Part shown: positions 1-13,242 of the stretch, piece after piece | Layout: every line of letters starts with the position of its first letter | Position numbering within the stretch: the stretch's first letter is position 1 | DNA from: Eledone cirrhosa | Lineage: Eukaryota | Length of the DNA: 64,000 nucleotides | Reading direction: 5' to 3' | NCBI GenBank assembly: GCA_964016885.1 | Contig: OZ024759.1 | Location: forward strand, 29,822,001-29,886,000 | Program-made: the position numbers and the translations under genes | The notes under the pieces: model-generated | Told to the model about the DNA's origin: nothing | What the model saw: only the letters and a program-made list of their open reading frames with translations | Database searches by the model: none

Positions 1-49
1 GGCCTTGTGCCAAAAGTAGAAACAATTATTATTATTATTATTATTATTT

Positions 50-364
50 TTGTTGAAAGATGGGTAAGAGAGGCAAGTATGGCCCGAGTGAATGGGCCTA
101 CTCTGAGTATGTGTCTGTAAATTAAAGGTGGAAAACTGGGAGAGGGCACTTGCCCTGGTGGTCAGGGTCACTGTGGCCTTTTAATGGGCTTTCTCCGCAA
201 ATGTCCCTCGGAAGTCTCCCCCCTATTGGGGAATTTTTCATTGTTATTTTTTATTACATCCTCTGTTTTTTTTACACGCAGAAATGCCCATTTGTACCGT
301 CCTGTATTGTCCTGTACTGTCCTTAATGTCTACTTTATGTAAACCCTTGTGGTTAATAAAGAAA

Positions 365-410
<46 letters not shown>
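50..410 (+). mobile_element. 3' end of a Tx1/L1-like LINE (ORF2 C-terminus, 3' UTR, AATAAA, (ATT)n tail)
   Basis: Encodes FVERWVREASMARVNGPTLSMCL*, highly similar to 13439-13804, and ends aataaagaaatcattattatt. Confidence 0.6.
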
Positions 411-414
<4 letters not shown>

Positions 415-479
415 GTATGAATCACTACCTCGCTACGGACAACTGATGCTGTACACCTAAGTACACACACATCATCATC

Positions 480-790
480 TTCATTGTTTAATGTCCATTT
501 ATCCGGTAAACAATGGTTGGATGTGTTGTCACAGACTGGCCATATTCAAGAGGAGGAACTGATCCTCATGTGGGTGGAGCTTCTGGCATACAATTGTGGC
601 AGCAAAACTGGGGAAGTTGTCATGTCTTGGACAAAGCTGAAGAATCCTCCCAACCCTTTGTTTGGCAGGTTTTTGATGACTCGATGTTCTTCCTATCACT
701 AACCCCTTTACAGAGTGTACTGGGTGCATTTTTCATGTAGTTTACCAAGACTAGGGAGGTTGTCATGTCTATGGCAAGATTGAAGAGTCG
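480..790 (-). mobile_element. Degenerate RTE-tailed SINE fragment
   Basis: Decayed version of the gatgcccttcctaacaccaac...cagtgagtgctgggtgcttttt motif and the tttaacgtcc/catcat tail seen in younger copies. Confidence 0.45.
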
Positions 791-1024
791 TTCTAACCAT
801 TTATTTGGCAAGTTTTCATCTCACAGACCCACACACACACACATGCACACATACATAAACACACATACACACATATGCACTCACACACACACACACATGC
901 ACACACATACATATATATATCATCATCATCACCAAACTTCACATTTTCTTTATTCTCTCTCTCTCTATATATATGTGTGTGTATTTGTGGGTGCTTACAC
1001 AGGGGTGTGCGTGTGTTTGTGGGA

Positions 1025-1058
<34 letters not shown>

Positions 1059-1720
1059 TTGTGGGTGTTTACACAGGTGTGTGTGTGTATGTGTGTGTGT
1101 ATGTGTGCGTGTTTGTCGGTGTTTACGTGGGTGTGTGTGTGTGTTTGTGGGCGTGTACATGAGTGTGTATGTGTGTGCGTTTGTCTGTGTTTACGTAGGT
1201 GTGTGTGTGTGTTTGTGGGCGTGTACATGAGTGTGTATGTGTGTACATGAGTGTGTATGTTTACGTGGGTGGGTGTGTGCGTTTGTAGGCGTGTACATGT
1301 GTGTGTATAAACTATGTAATTATGTAATAGTGTGAAGCTAACCCTGCTATAATGTGGCATACATGAAAACTAAGATACAGCGAGGAGATTGCTGGCTGAC
1401 TTGAAGCTTTTCTGAACATTTTCTTTTGAATGTAATAATGGAGAACAAATAAACAAAAAAGGATTTCTTTTATGTTTTCTGACAGATTGTCATTTGCTAG
1501 CCAGACAAATAGGAATATTATTTCCTTCTCTGCATGGCATTTCATAATTTTCTTTCTCAAATTAAACATATGGTATACATTTGTTGTTATTACCATCATA
1601 ATAGTAATCACCATCATTGTTTCATGTCAATTTTCCAAGCTAGCATGGGTTAGACAAGTTGTCCCATATTTTTCCTTCTCAAATTAAACATATGGTATAC
1701 ATTTGTTGTTATTACCAAAA

Positions 1721-2788
1721 TAATTGTTTCTACTTTTTGGCACAAGGCCAGCAATTATCCCAGTGTATTACTGGTACTTTATTTTATCGAACCCCGTAAA
1801 GATGAAAGGCAAAGTTAACCTCGGCGGGATTTGAACTCAGTCCATAAAGGGACGTAACTATGCTGGAAAGCATGGCGTCCGACCCTCTACCGATACTGTC
1901 AATCCAATAATAATGATTTCTACTATAGGCACAAGGTCAGCAATTTTGGAGGAGGGGAAAGTCGCTTAAATTGATCTCAGTACGTTACTGGTACTTTATT
2001 TTATCGAGCCCGTAAGAATGAAAGGCAAAGTTAACCTCAGTGGGATTTAAACTCAGACAGTAGAGGGTCGTAACTCTATGCTGCAAAGCATGGTGTCTGA
2101 TGCGCTACCGATACTGCCAATCCACTGCCTTGTTATTACCATAATAATTGTTTCTACTTTAGGCACAAGGCCAGCAATTACCCAGTGCATTACTGGTACT
2201 TTATTTTATCGACCCCGTAAGGATGAAAGGCAAAGTCAACCTCGGCGGGATTTGAACTCATTGTTTAAAGTCCATTTTCCAAGCTAGCATGGGTTAGACG
2301 TGTTGTCCCATATTTTTCCTTCTCAAATTAACCCTTTAGCATTCAAACTGGCCATATCCGGCCAGAATTCTCTCAACTCTTTCTGTTCAAACTGGCTGTA
2401 ACTGGCTGCTCATACTAATGTTAAGGTATTGTTCTCAAAATAAATAATATCAAAATCTCATAGATTCAATATTATGTGAGATAATTATGTGAGGTAAAGC
2501 CTTTACTGTGAAAATACAATAGTATATATAGAATAATTGTTTATACTTTAGGCACAAGGCCAGCAATTACCCAGTACATTACTGGTACTTTATTTTATCG
2601 ACCCCGTAAGGATGAAAGGCAAAGTCAACCTCGGCGGGATTTGAACTCAGATCGTAAAGGGACGTAACTATGCTGGAAAGCATGGCATCCGACCCTCTAC
2701 CGATACTGCCAAGAATAATGTAAATGCTAAAGTACCAGTAATGCACTGGGGTAATTGATGGCCTTGTGACAAAAGTAGCAACAATTAT
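1721..2788 (-). mobile_element. Cluster of about 5 copies or fragments of tRNA-derived SINE family A
   Basis: Repeated unit with A-box-like tggcagtatcgg, B box gagttcaaatccc, central gcctttcatccttacggggtcgataaaataaagtaccag (Meta-domain-like) and tail gccttgtgccaaaagtagaaacaattatt. The last fragment (2730-2788) is on +. Confidence 0.85.
2332..2530. mobile_element. Truncated copy of a TTAA/CCCT (piggyBac-type) MITE
   Basis: Begins TTAA|CCCTTTAGCATT; inverted homologue of 3922-4129 and homologous to 55943-56062. Confidence 0.6.
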
Positions 2789-3037
2789 TTTATAAATTTT
2801 CATGTATGCAAAAAGAAGAAGATGAAAATGGAAAAAAAAAGAAAAAGCAGAAGAAAAAAAAAAGAAAAAGCAGAAGAAAAAATAAAAGAAAAAGCAGAAA
2901 AAGAAAAAAAGAAAAAGAATAATACTAACAATAACAACAACAATAGAATAAAGTGGCAGGTAAAAATATGATGAAAATGTGGTTGGAATAAATTATGTAG
3001 ATATAAGTGGAATAAATTATGTAAATATAAAACTTAC

Positions 3038-3184
3038 TTTTAAAATACTTTAAAGATCCTTTTGGATTGTAAGGCATATGGTCGATATAGATAACAATGT
3101 AGTTCCCTCCATCTAGTACTCCCATGTCGTAAAGATTGCACAAAAAGTCCACAATACCATTGTGATCACCCAGGAAGACATAAA
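3038..3184 (-). CDS. Internal exon (147 nt, phase 1/1) of a receptor guanylyl cyclase, extracellular ANF-receptor ligand-binding domain
   Basis: Acceptor ...ttcaacag ends at 3185 and donor gtaagt starts at 3037. Translation (I)YVFLGDHNGIVDFLCNLYDMGVLDGGNYIVIYIDHMPYNPKGSLKYFK joins the 11904-12207 exon in frame (A+TT = Ile, giving HTRIYVFLGD), as in invertebrate Gyc32E/Gyc76C-like receptor cyclases. Confidence 0.9.
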
Positions 3185-3224
3185 CTGTTGAAGAATAGAA
3201 GTGAGAATGTTAGTATATTAGTAT

Positions 3225-3848
3225 GTATGGACCCAACGGTTTTTCTGATGGACCAAACACCTCTGCAGAATGGAAGATGATCGAATCCCAAAACAACTCT
3301 TTTATGGTGAGCTTTGTGAGGATAAGAGAACACCTCACAAGCCAAGGCTGTGATTCAAGGATTGTGTAAAGGACTGTTTGAAAAAAAACTGGTTTGATGG
3401 TGGCTGATTGGAGATAGAAGCTCTTGAAAGAGAAACTTGGCGTGGAATGGTGAATGATGGGGTCCAACATTTTGAGGATAGATGCATAGAGCACGAGAAG
3501 ATCAGACGGGATGTGTGTATGCAATGCCCTGGTGTATCTCTCGAAACAATCGGTGTCTCCATTAAATTGAAGTGCCTTGAGTGTAGAAAAATTTGCTTGA
3601 GCAAATCTGGTCTCAGGAGCCACAGTCGTAGTCATGTTCAAAGAGAACCAGTAAACTATGATCTCCACAGTATTGTGAAGGTTCACAGGCAACCTGATGC
3701 AAGACCTGAGGCCAGGGAGATCCATAGTTGTTGTCAGTGTGTGAAGGAGTGCAAGTCTCTAGCAGGCTTGAAAAGCCATATCTGAGCATCACACATCTGA
3801 ATCTGACAAGCGATTGCAATACTCTTAGCAGAGTTTGCAGCCATCATG
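3225..3848 (+). mobile_element. 3' fragment of an RTE/BovB-type LINE with two C-terminal C2H2-type fingers (pseudogenised)
   Basis: HLCRMEDDRIPKQLFYGELCEDKR..KPRL*FKDCVKDCLK, then a frameshift, then ALERETWRGMV..CLECRKICLSKSGLRSHSRSH..CCQCVKECKSLAGLKSHI*. Confidence 0.85.
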
Positions 3849-3921
3849 TATCGACCCATAACTCCTGAGGGAGTTGTTGAGGCATCTTATTGACTTATGG
3901 TATTTCTAGGGCATTTTTTAA

Positions 3922-4129
3922 CCCTTTATTATTCACATTACTCTATATATACTACTGTATTTTCACAGTAAAGGCTTTATCTCACATAATATCGAATCTA
4001 TGAGATTTTGATGTTATTCATTTTGAAAACAATACCTTAACAGTAGTATGAGTGGCCAGTTATGGCTGGTTTGACCTTAAAAAGGTAAGAGAATTCTGGC
4101 CAGATAGGGCCGGGTTAAATGCTAAAAGG
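3922..4129. mobile_element. Complete ~208-bp piggyBac-type MITE with TTAA target duplication
   Basis: TTAA (3918-3921) CCCTTTA...TAAAAGG TTAA (4130-4133). The host repeat is uninterrupted at 48550-48595 (gggcattttaaacctgg). Confidence 0.75.
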
Positions 4130-4191
4130 TTAAACCTGGTGGAGCCCATCCCCTCTCCAGGTTTGAATACAGCAGATTTCTTCCAGAGAAG

Positions 4192-4253
<62 letters not shown>

Positions 4254-4424
4254 GAAGTGACAAAGAGATGTAGTAGAAATATCAAGCCCATACGGTGATG
4301 ATGATGATAATGATGATGATGGTGGTGACGATGATGATGGTGATGATGGTGGTGACGATGGTGATGGTGATGATGATGATGATTGTGACGACGATGATGA
4401 TGATGATGATGCCCATGCTTCAAA

Positions 4425-4646
4425 GCATGGTGTCCGACCCTCTACCGATACTGCCAATCCACCGCCCTAGCATGGTGTCCGACCCTCTACCGATACTGCC
4501 AATCCACCGCCCTAGCATGGTGTCCGACCCTCTACCGATACTGCCAATCCACCGCCCTAGCATGGTGTCCGACCCTCTACCGATACTGCCAATCCACCAC
4601 CCTAGCATGGTGTCCGACCCTCTACCGATACTGCCAATCCACCGCC
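4425..4646 (-). repeat. 45-bp tandem array (5 copies) of the SINE A 5' end
   Basis: Unit agcatggtgtccgaccctctaccgatactgccaatccaccgccct, period 45. Confidence 0.9.
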
Positions 4647-5036
4647 AAACAAACAATAATGATGATGAGTATGATTGAACCTTGGAGACACCAGATGATT
4701 ATGAAGCAAAATCTTGCTACCCAGTTGGCCATGACATGTCCACACATTATATATTATAGTAGTAACAAAGTTATGAAACATTGTGAAAAGATTTGGAAGT
4801 CGTTAACAGACAGATATATGAAAAATCAATATATTTTCACTGTTCTATGCATCTTTTTCGACATATGTCGTTTATTATGTTTTTGTAAATCTATTTCTTT
4901 CTTCTAGTTTTTGTGTTTGTTACTTGCCAACATGTCATATGTATATGAGCGGAAAAAGAACTTTTTAAGATGTCTATGTGTAGAAAGATCTTTCATAATC
5001 TTGCATGCTTCCATGATTGTGAGTAGCTAGGCTTAG

Positions 5037-5860
5037 ATATTGGTGTGATAGTGTACTGGTATGTTGGTGTGGTAGTGTGATAGTGTACTGGTATGTTGGT
5101 GTACTGGTATGTTAGTGCGGTAGTGTGATAGTGTACTGGTATGTTGGTGTGATAGTGTGGTTGTGTACTGGTATGTTGGTGTGATAGTGTGGTTGTGTAC
5201 TGGTATGTTGGTGTACTGGTATGTTAGTGCGGTAGTGTGGTTGTGTACTGGTGTCTTAGTGTGGTAGTGCAGTGGTTTGTTAGTGTGGTAGTGTAGTGGT
5301 ATGTTAGTGTGGTAGTGTACTGGTGTGGTAGTGTAGTGGTGTGGTAGTGTAGTGGTGTGGTAGTGTACTAGTGTGGTTGTGTACTGGTGTGGTTATGTGG
5401 TAGTGTAGTGGTATGTTAGTGTGGTTGTGTACTGGTATGTTAGTGTGGTAGTGTAATGGTATGTTAGTGTGGTTGAGTACTGGTGTGTTAGTGTGGTAGT
5501 GCAGTGGTTTGTTAGTGTGGTAGTGTAGTGGTATGTTAGTGTGGTAGTGTACTGGTGTAGTAGTGTAGTGGTGTGGTAGTGTAGTGGTGTGGTAGTGTAG
5601 TGGTGTGGTAGTGTACTAGTGTGGTTGTGTACTGGTGTGGTTATGTGGTAGTGTAGTGGTATGTTAGTGTGGTTGTGTACTGGTATGTTAGTGTGGTAGT
5701 GTAATGGTATGTTAGTGTGGTTGTGTACTGGTGTGTTAGTGTGGTAGTGTGGTGGTGTGTTAGTATAGTGGTATGCTAGTGTGTCTGTGTACTGGTATGT
5801 TAGTCTGTGTGTGTACTAGTATAGTAGTGTGTCTGTGTACTAGTATGTTAATGTGTTAGT
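5037..5860. repeat. Complex GT-rich minisatellite built from 8-mers such as gtgtagtg/gtgtactg/gtatgtta
   Basis: Directly visible tandem variants. Confidence 0.85.
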
Positions 5861-6137
5861 GTTTATATTCATGGGTGTGTGTTTATGTGCTAATATGATT
5901 CTGTACTTGTATGTGTGTGTTTATGATTGTGTGTGCTTGTGTGTGTGTGTGTGTGTGTGTGGATGCTTGTGTGTTTATGTGTTATTATGATGGTGTGTGT
6001 GCTTATGGTCTTGTATGCCTAGGTTAAAATGTTCTGGAGCAATTGTTGTGTAAGAGTCTGTATGTGTGTGTCTTTTTATATGTTTTGTCATGTATTATGT
6101 TGTATATATATATATATGTATATATATATATGTATAT

Positions 6138-6171
<34 letters not shown>

Positions 6172-6307
6172 ACGTTTAACGTCCGTGTTCCACGCTTGCA
6201 TGGGTTTGGACGGGGGTAGTCCCACTTGAGGCAAGAGTGATTGTCTTGCTCGCATATGTATATATATATGTATATATATGTATATATGTACATATACATA
6301 TATATGT

Positions 6308-6388
<81 letters not shown>

Positions 6389-6391
6389 TGC

Positions 6392-6422
<31 letters not shown>

Positions 6423-6740
6423 TATAAATATATATATACATATATATATATATTTACACATATATATATATGTACATATATATATATATGTACATATATA
6501 TAAATATATATGTACATATATATATATATGTACATATATATAAATATATATGTACATATATATATAAATATATATGTACATAAATATATATATACATATA
6601 CATATATATACATATATGTGTATATATATATATGTACATATATATATATATGTACATATATATTTATATATATGTACATATATATATATATATATATATG
6701 TTTAAATATATATATGTATATATATATATATATATATCAC

Positions 6741-6776
<36 letters not shown>

Positions 6777-6808
6777 CTCCCATTATATTATATTATATTA
6801 TCTTATAT

Positions 6809-6936
<128 letters not shown>

Positions 6937-7098
6937 CTCCCACTCTCAAATGTGAAACTAATAAGAACATTTGTACTGCCTCCTCACTTCCATGTCTTTT
7001 TGTTTTCTGTTTACTGTCTCAACTATATATACAAGAAAGTACATCCATAGAATCATATGTAAATCTATATATTTTATATACACATATATATATATATA

Positions 7099-7137
<39 letters not shown>

Positions 7138-7152
7138 ATATATATATATATA

Positions 7153-7281
<129 letters not shown>

Positions 7282-7844
7282 ATAGAAGGTGAGTAATATT
7301 GTAGAACAATAAAACTATGCATAAATCAGATAAGTAGCAGTCAACAGTTGGTAGAACTGGTGTATATATAATAACCATCTTTATTTCATCTTTATATATA
7401 TATATATATACATGCATGCATACATATGCATGAAGTGTATATATATATATACATATATACATATATACACACATATATATATATATATATACACACACAT
7501 ATATATATGCATGTATGTATATATATATACATATATATATATATGTACATGTATGTATATATATATATATATATGTGTTTGTCTGTCCGTATACTCAATC
7601 AACTCTGCAGTATATAGAAGCCAAAGATCTGGAGATATATTGCTTCTGCTTTTCAGATAAAATGAAGCATTACAAGCGATGACCATGTTGATTGTTATAC
7701 AATATTTTGCTTTTGCCATTCACGATTCTTATCAGTAGAGCTATCACCATCATTATTGTGGGAGCCATGTTGCAATGGGAAGGATGGTTATGCTAAAGAT
7801 GATGATATACCCACATATATATATCCTTACCATGTATATACAAA

Positions 7845-7874
<30 letters not shown>

Positions 7875-7875
<1 letters not shown>

Positions 7876-8209
7876 TCATTTTCATTTTATTTTACGTCCG
7901 CTTTTTCCCTGCTTGCAAGGGTGGGACAGGAACTGATTCTGGCTTGATTTCTACAGCTGGATGCCCTTCCTAATACCAACCTCATTTACAGTGAGTGCTG
8001 GGTGCTTTTTTGCCATGGCACCTCCACGACCACTTTACAGTGGAATGATAGGAACCCCTATCATCTCATTTCTACAGCTGAGTAAACTGGAGCAATGTGA
8101 AATAAAGTGTCTTGCTCAAGGAAACAACACATCGCCTGGTCTGAGAATTGAACTCACAACCTTTCGATTGCAAGGCCAATGCTCTAACCACTAAGCCGTG
8201 TACCTCCAT
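7875..8209 (-). mobile_element. tRNA-derived SINE family B (CORE-like centre, RTE-type tail)
   Basis: Reverse complement reads ggaggtacacggcttagtggttagagc (A box), gagttcaattc (B box), tccttgagcaagacactttatttcacattgctccag, then taggaagggcatccagc and gcaagcagggaaaaagcggacgtaaaa. Confidence 0.85.
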
Positions 8210-8435
8210 GATATATATATATATCCAAAATTAAGTTAAATTAAGGGCGTCATGTCAGATAGACATGCGCCATATCACCCGTAAAATATGCTCCAAGATT
8301 CCAATGAATAGATCCGAGCATTTTATATCAACTAGAAATTGATTGACATATATGACCCATCTAACCTATGCAAGCATGGAAGAATTGACGCTAAACGGAA
8401 ATGAGGATGATGATGATAATGATGATGATGTATAT

Positions 8436-8687
8436 ATCATCATCATCATCATCATTTTACGTCCGCTTTTCCCTGCTTGCAAGGGTTGGATGGGTCCTAT
8501 TCAGCACAGCATCTCTCCACTTGTCATGGTCCTTTGTCATCTCCTCTGAGAGCTTCAGCAATCTGAGGTCTGCTCTCACCACCTCCGCCCATGTTTTTCA
8601 TGGTCTTCCTCTACTGTGTCTTCCTTCTACTGGCATTTCTTGTCACTTCTTTACCCAGCGGTCATCCTATACCATCGCAGTCTTCTG
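8436..8687 (-). mobile_element. 3' end of the RTE LINE that shares its tail with SINE B
   Basis: [35 protein letters not shown] followed by the cggacgtaaaatgatgatg tail. Confidence 0.8.
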
Positions 8688-9680
8688 TTATATATATATA
8701 TATATATAACAAATAGCTGACAAATGCAAGTACTTTTGTGGAACCCAGTAAAGGTTTTAAATTAATTTTCAATTGCATTTGGCTTTGGTTTGATATTTAG
8801 GCATATTAATTAATCCTGTGTTGAAACAGCCAAGCTTTAATTGCGTGCCAATTGCTGGAAGCTTGTAGTAAAAAAAATATATATAAAGACTTCAAATTGA
8901 CAGTTTGAATGGCCTGAAAGTTGTAGTTACTACACATGCACCCTCTTTCTAGAACTAACTATATATATATATGTAGTGTAGTGCAGTGTAGTGAGGTAGT
9001 GTGATGTGGTGTGGTGAGTTGTGGTGGGAGATGAGAGGGGAAATGTGTGTTAATCAATTCACACAAGTAATTAATAAACTAGAAAGCTAGTTAGGAAATT
9101 ATTTCCTTCTTCAAAAATACTTCACGCTCTTTCCTATCTATCCTCTCCTCTTCTCTCACCAAGTTCTACTCTATTCCATTGCATGTTTCTCATTGTAACA
9201 CTCTAGTTCACTAACATAAGCTGAACAACAGCGTTTGTCAGATAACTCTACATTCAGAATTGTATAGAGAAGATTTTGCTTTTGGTTTAGCTGTGAATCT
9301 ATTTAAATTACGCACACTGTTTAATCTTTGTTTTTGTGTTGAAAATATTCTCACATCAATTAGATAATGGTGTTTGATGTAGGCACAAGGCCAGCAATTT
9401 TAGTTTATGACAGAAGTAGACAAAAGATGTGTTTTAAATTGTGTAGATAATTTAATTGAAGACAGAAGATGTGACTGGGCTAATTATGTTTTTAATGGGG
9501 GATAGATAAATTGGGTTAGGACAAAAGATGTGGTTGGCTAATTATGTTTTTAATGGGGGGGATAGATAAATTGGGTTAGGACAAAAGATGTGGTTGGCTA
9601 ATTATGTTTTTAATGGAGTAGATAATCTAGTTTATGAGAGACGATTTGGGTGGGTCAAATAAGTTTTTAATGGTGTAGAC

Positions 9681-11768
9681 CATGCATATAAAACATGGGG
9701 CCTGCGGACCGCATGCACCCTTTACAAGCACACCTGTGGCGTGCACAAAGGTTTTTACAGCGCGAGCATGTTTTATCTTCGTAATATAAAATTAAAAATA
9801 ATTTGTTGTAATGTGTGCAATTAGTTGTCGTGTGTGGCCTTCAGACAACACATCTGTGACCCATGTGGCCCTCAGACAACACATATGTGACCCATGTGGC
9901 CCTCAGACAACACATATGTGACCCATGTGGCCTCAGACAACACATCTGTGACCCATGTGGCCTCAGACAACACATATGTGACCCATGTGGCCCTCAGACA
10001 ACACATCTGTGACCCATGTGGCCCTCAGACAAAACAAGTGTGACCCATGTGGCCCTCAGACAACACATATGTGACCCATGTGGCCTCAGACAACACATCT
10101 GTGACCCATGTGGCCTCAGACAACACATCTGTGACCCTTGTGGCCCTCAGACAACACAAGTGTGACCCATGTGGCCCTCAGACAACACATATGTGACCCA
10201 TGCAGCCCTCAGACAACACATATGTGACCCATGCAGCCTTCAGATAACACATATGTGACCCATGCGGTCCTCAGACAACACATCTGTGACCCATGTGGCC
10301 TCAGACAACACATCTGTGACCCATGTGGCCCTCAGACAACACATATGTGACCCATGTGGCCTCAGACAACACATCTGTGACCCATGTGGCCTCAGACAAC
10401 ACATCTGTGACCCATGTGGCCCTCAGACAAAACAAGTGTGACCCATGTGGCCCTCAGACAACACATATGTGACCCATGTGGCCTCAGACAACACATCTGT
10501 GACCCATGTGGCCCTCAGACAACACAAGTGTGACCCATGTGGCCCTCAGACAACACATATGTGACCCATGCAGCCCTCAGACAACACATATGTGACCCAT
10601 GCAGCCTTCAGACAACACATCTGTGACCCATGTGGCCCTCAGACAACACATATGTGACCCATGCAGCCCTCAGACAACAAATATGTGACCCATGCAGCCC
10701 TCAGACAACACATATGTGACCCATGTGGCCCTCAGACAACACATATGTGACATGTGGCCCTCAGACAACACATATGACTCATGTGGCCCTCAGACAACAC
10801 ATATGTGACCCATGCGGTCCTCAGGCAACACATATGTGACCCATGCAGCCCTCAGACAACACATATGTGACCCATGTGACCCTCAGACAACACATATGTG
10901 ACACATCTGGCTCTCAGACAACATATATGTGACATGTGGCCCTCAGACAACACATATGTGACCCATTAGGTCCTCAGACAACACATATGTGACATGTGAC
11001 CCTCAGACAACACATATGTGACCCATGTGGCCCTCAGACAACACATATGTGACCCATGCGGTCCTCAGGCATCACATATGTGACTCATGTGGCCCTCAAA
11101 CAACACATATGTGACACATGTGACCCTCAGACAACACATATGTGACACATCTGGCTCTCAGACAACACATATGTGACATGTGGCCCTCAGACAACACATA
11201 TGTGACCCATGCGGTCCTCAGACAACACATATGTGACATGTGACCCTCAGACAACACATATGTGACCCATGTGGCCCTCAGACAACACATGTGACCCATG
11301 CGGTCCTCAGGCATCACATATGTAACTCATGTGGCCCTCAGACAACACATATGTGACACATGTGGCCCTCAGACAACACATATGTGACCCATGCGGTCCT
11401 CAGGCATCACATATGTGACACATCTGGCCCTCAGGCATCACATATGTGACACATCTGGCCCTCAGACAACACATATGTGACTCATGTGGCCCTCAGACAA
11501 CACATATGTGACCCATGTGGCCCTCAGACAACACATATGTGACCCATGTAGCCCTCAGACAACACATATGTGATCCATGTGGCCCTCAGACAACACATAT
11601 GTGACCCATGTGGCCCTCAGACAACACATATGTGACACATGTGGCCCTCAGACAACACATATGTGACCCATGTGGCCCTCAGACAACACATATGTGACCC
11701 ATGCAGCCCTCAGACAACACATATGTGACCCATGTGGCCCTCGGGAGACCATCACTTTGACATACCTG
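9681..11768. mobile_element. hAT (Charlie-like) MITE inflated by an internal satellite
   Basis: Degenerate TIRs catgcatataaaac / ctttgacatacctg, near-identical 8-bp flanks gtgtagac (9673-9680) and ttgtagac (11769-11776), and subterminal ggcctgcggaccgcatg and gtggccctcg motifs. Confidence 0.7.
9833..11742. repeat. 30-31-bp minisatellite, about 60 copies
   Basis: Unit ctcagacaacacatatgtgacccatgtggcc. Confidence 0.95.
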
Positions 11769-11903
11769 TTGTAGACAATCTCAGGAACAGAAGACCTGGG
11801 TAAGCTAAAGATGTTTTTAATGGTGAAGATAATTTAGTTTAGGAAAGAATATTTGGGTGGGTCGAATATGTTTTTTTAGTATTTGATTGAAAGATCAACT
11901 TAC

Positions 11904-12207
11904 TTCTTGTATGAGGGTAGGTATTATTAACGATGCCCGGTATTTCACTGTTACCCACAATCGGGATATACGGTTCCTTGTATTTAGTAATGTTAGTGAT
12001 GGTCAGTTGATACTCCGAGCTTAGTTGGACTAACTTTGATTTTATATCCATCATCCGGTTACTGGAGCCGACAACTAGAGAGTACTGCGTCCAGTTATGG
12101 TGTAACAATAAAGAAACTATGAATTTGGTCACTTGATTGGCTGGCGGGAATGTCCGAGCAAAGGTCGGATAGATTGTCTTATTGGATACTTCATGGTTGG
12201 CACATTT
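11904..12207 (-). CDS. Internal exon (304 nt, phase 0/1) of the same receptor guanylyl cyclase
   Basis: Polypyrimidine tract plus cag ends at 12208, donor gtaagt at 11903. Translation KCANHEVSNKTIYPTFARTFPPANQVTKFIVSLLLHHNWTQYSLVV...GIVNNTYPHTR carries the S-NK-xYPTFART motif and the L-x-H-x-NW motif of ANF-receptor family domains. Confidence 0.92.
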
Positions 12208-13242
12208 CTGAAAAATAAGAAAAAAAATTTAATAATAAGTATAGGTAATATATTGGCCACACAAAATATAGGTCTTATATAGGCCTAAATCAGTTCTGCA
12301 TGAGCTGTCCTCCAACCTGACTTGTCTCACAGCAGGACAGCTCACCCAACCCTTGTTAGTGTGGAAAATGAATGTTAAACAGTGTTGATGTCGTTGATGA
12401 TGATGATGATGTTGATAAGGATGATGATGGCGATGATGATGATGATGATGATGATTATAATGATGATAATGATCATGACAATGATGATGGTGATGATTAT
12501 TGTCTTTGAACAATTGCAGTTGTTATCTTGGGCAAGTTTCCATATAAACTTTCATTTGTAATATGTTGACACCAGTTTATGCACTATCTAGTTTCTTCTA
12601 AAGTGCTTGTGTCAGGATCTTTGTACTTGATCCATACAAAAACACTGACTCAACAGATGTTATGTTCTGAAGAATAAATATTTAGATTTTTCTGGGTAGA
12701 TTAGACTTCAATATACTTTCCAGCCCAGACTTTCAGTCTAAAGGAACAAAATATTTGAGATTCTATGTTGAAGAACTTCCAACAAAAAAAACCTTCACTC
12801 ACAATCACACTCACACTGACACCTTCACTCACACTCACACCTTCACTCACACTTACACCCCGTCCACAAAAACACAAATATCATCTTACAAATCTCATTA
12901 GTGTTGCAGACAATCATTGTTTTTGTCAATATTTGAGAATGTATGTGGAAGAAATTCCAACAAAAAAATACCTTCACTCACAGTTACACTCACCCTCACA
13001 CCTTCACTCACAGTCACACTCACAGTCACACCTTGACTCACACTCTGTCCACAAAAACACAAGTATCATCTTACAAATCTCGTTAGTGCAGCAGAGAATC
13101 ATTTCGATTACTAGAAGTGACTGTTTTGTTAATATTACTTTGCAAGATTTTATTTTTTATTTTCCTTTTATTTTATTTTGTATCATTTTGTTATTTTGTT
13201 ATTTTAGTTATTATCATTATTATTATTATCATTTCATTTGAG

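Noticed and set aside
8241-8325. Two small hairpins (ggcgtcatgtc/gacatgcgcc; atgctc/gagcat)
   Set aside because: Single copy in the window with no recognisable catalytic or promoter motif.
9833-11742. CRISPR-like look of the 31-bp array (also the 88- and 108-bp arrays)
   Set aside because: Units are directly adjacent with no unique spacers, there are no cas genes, and the context is eukaryotic.
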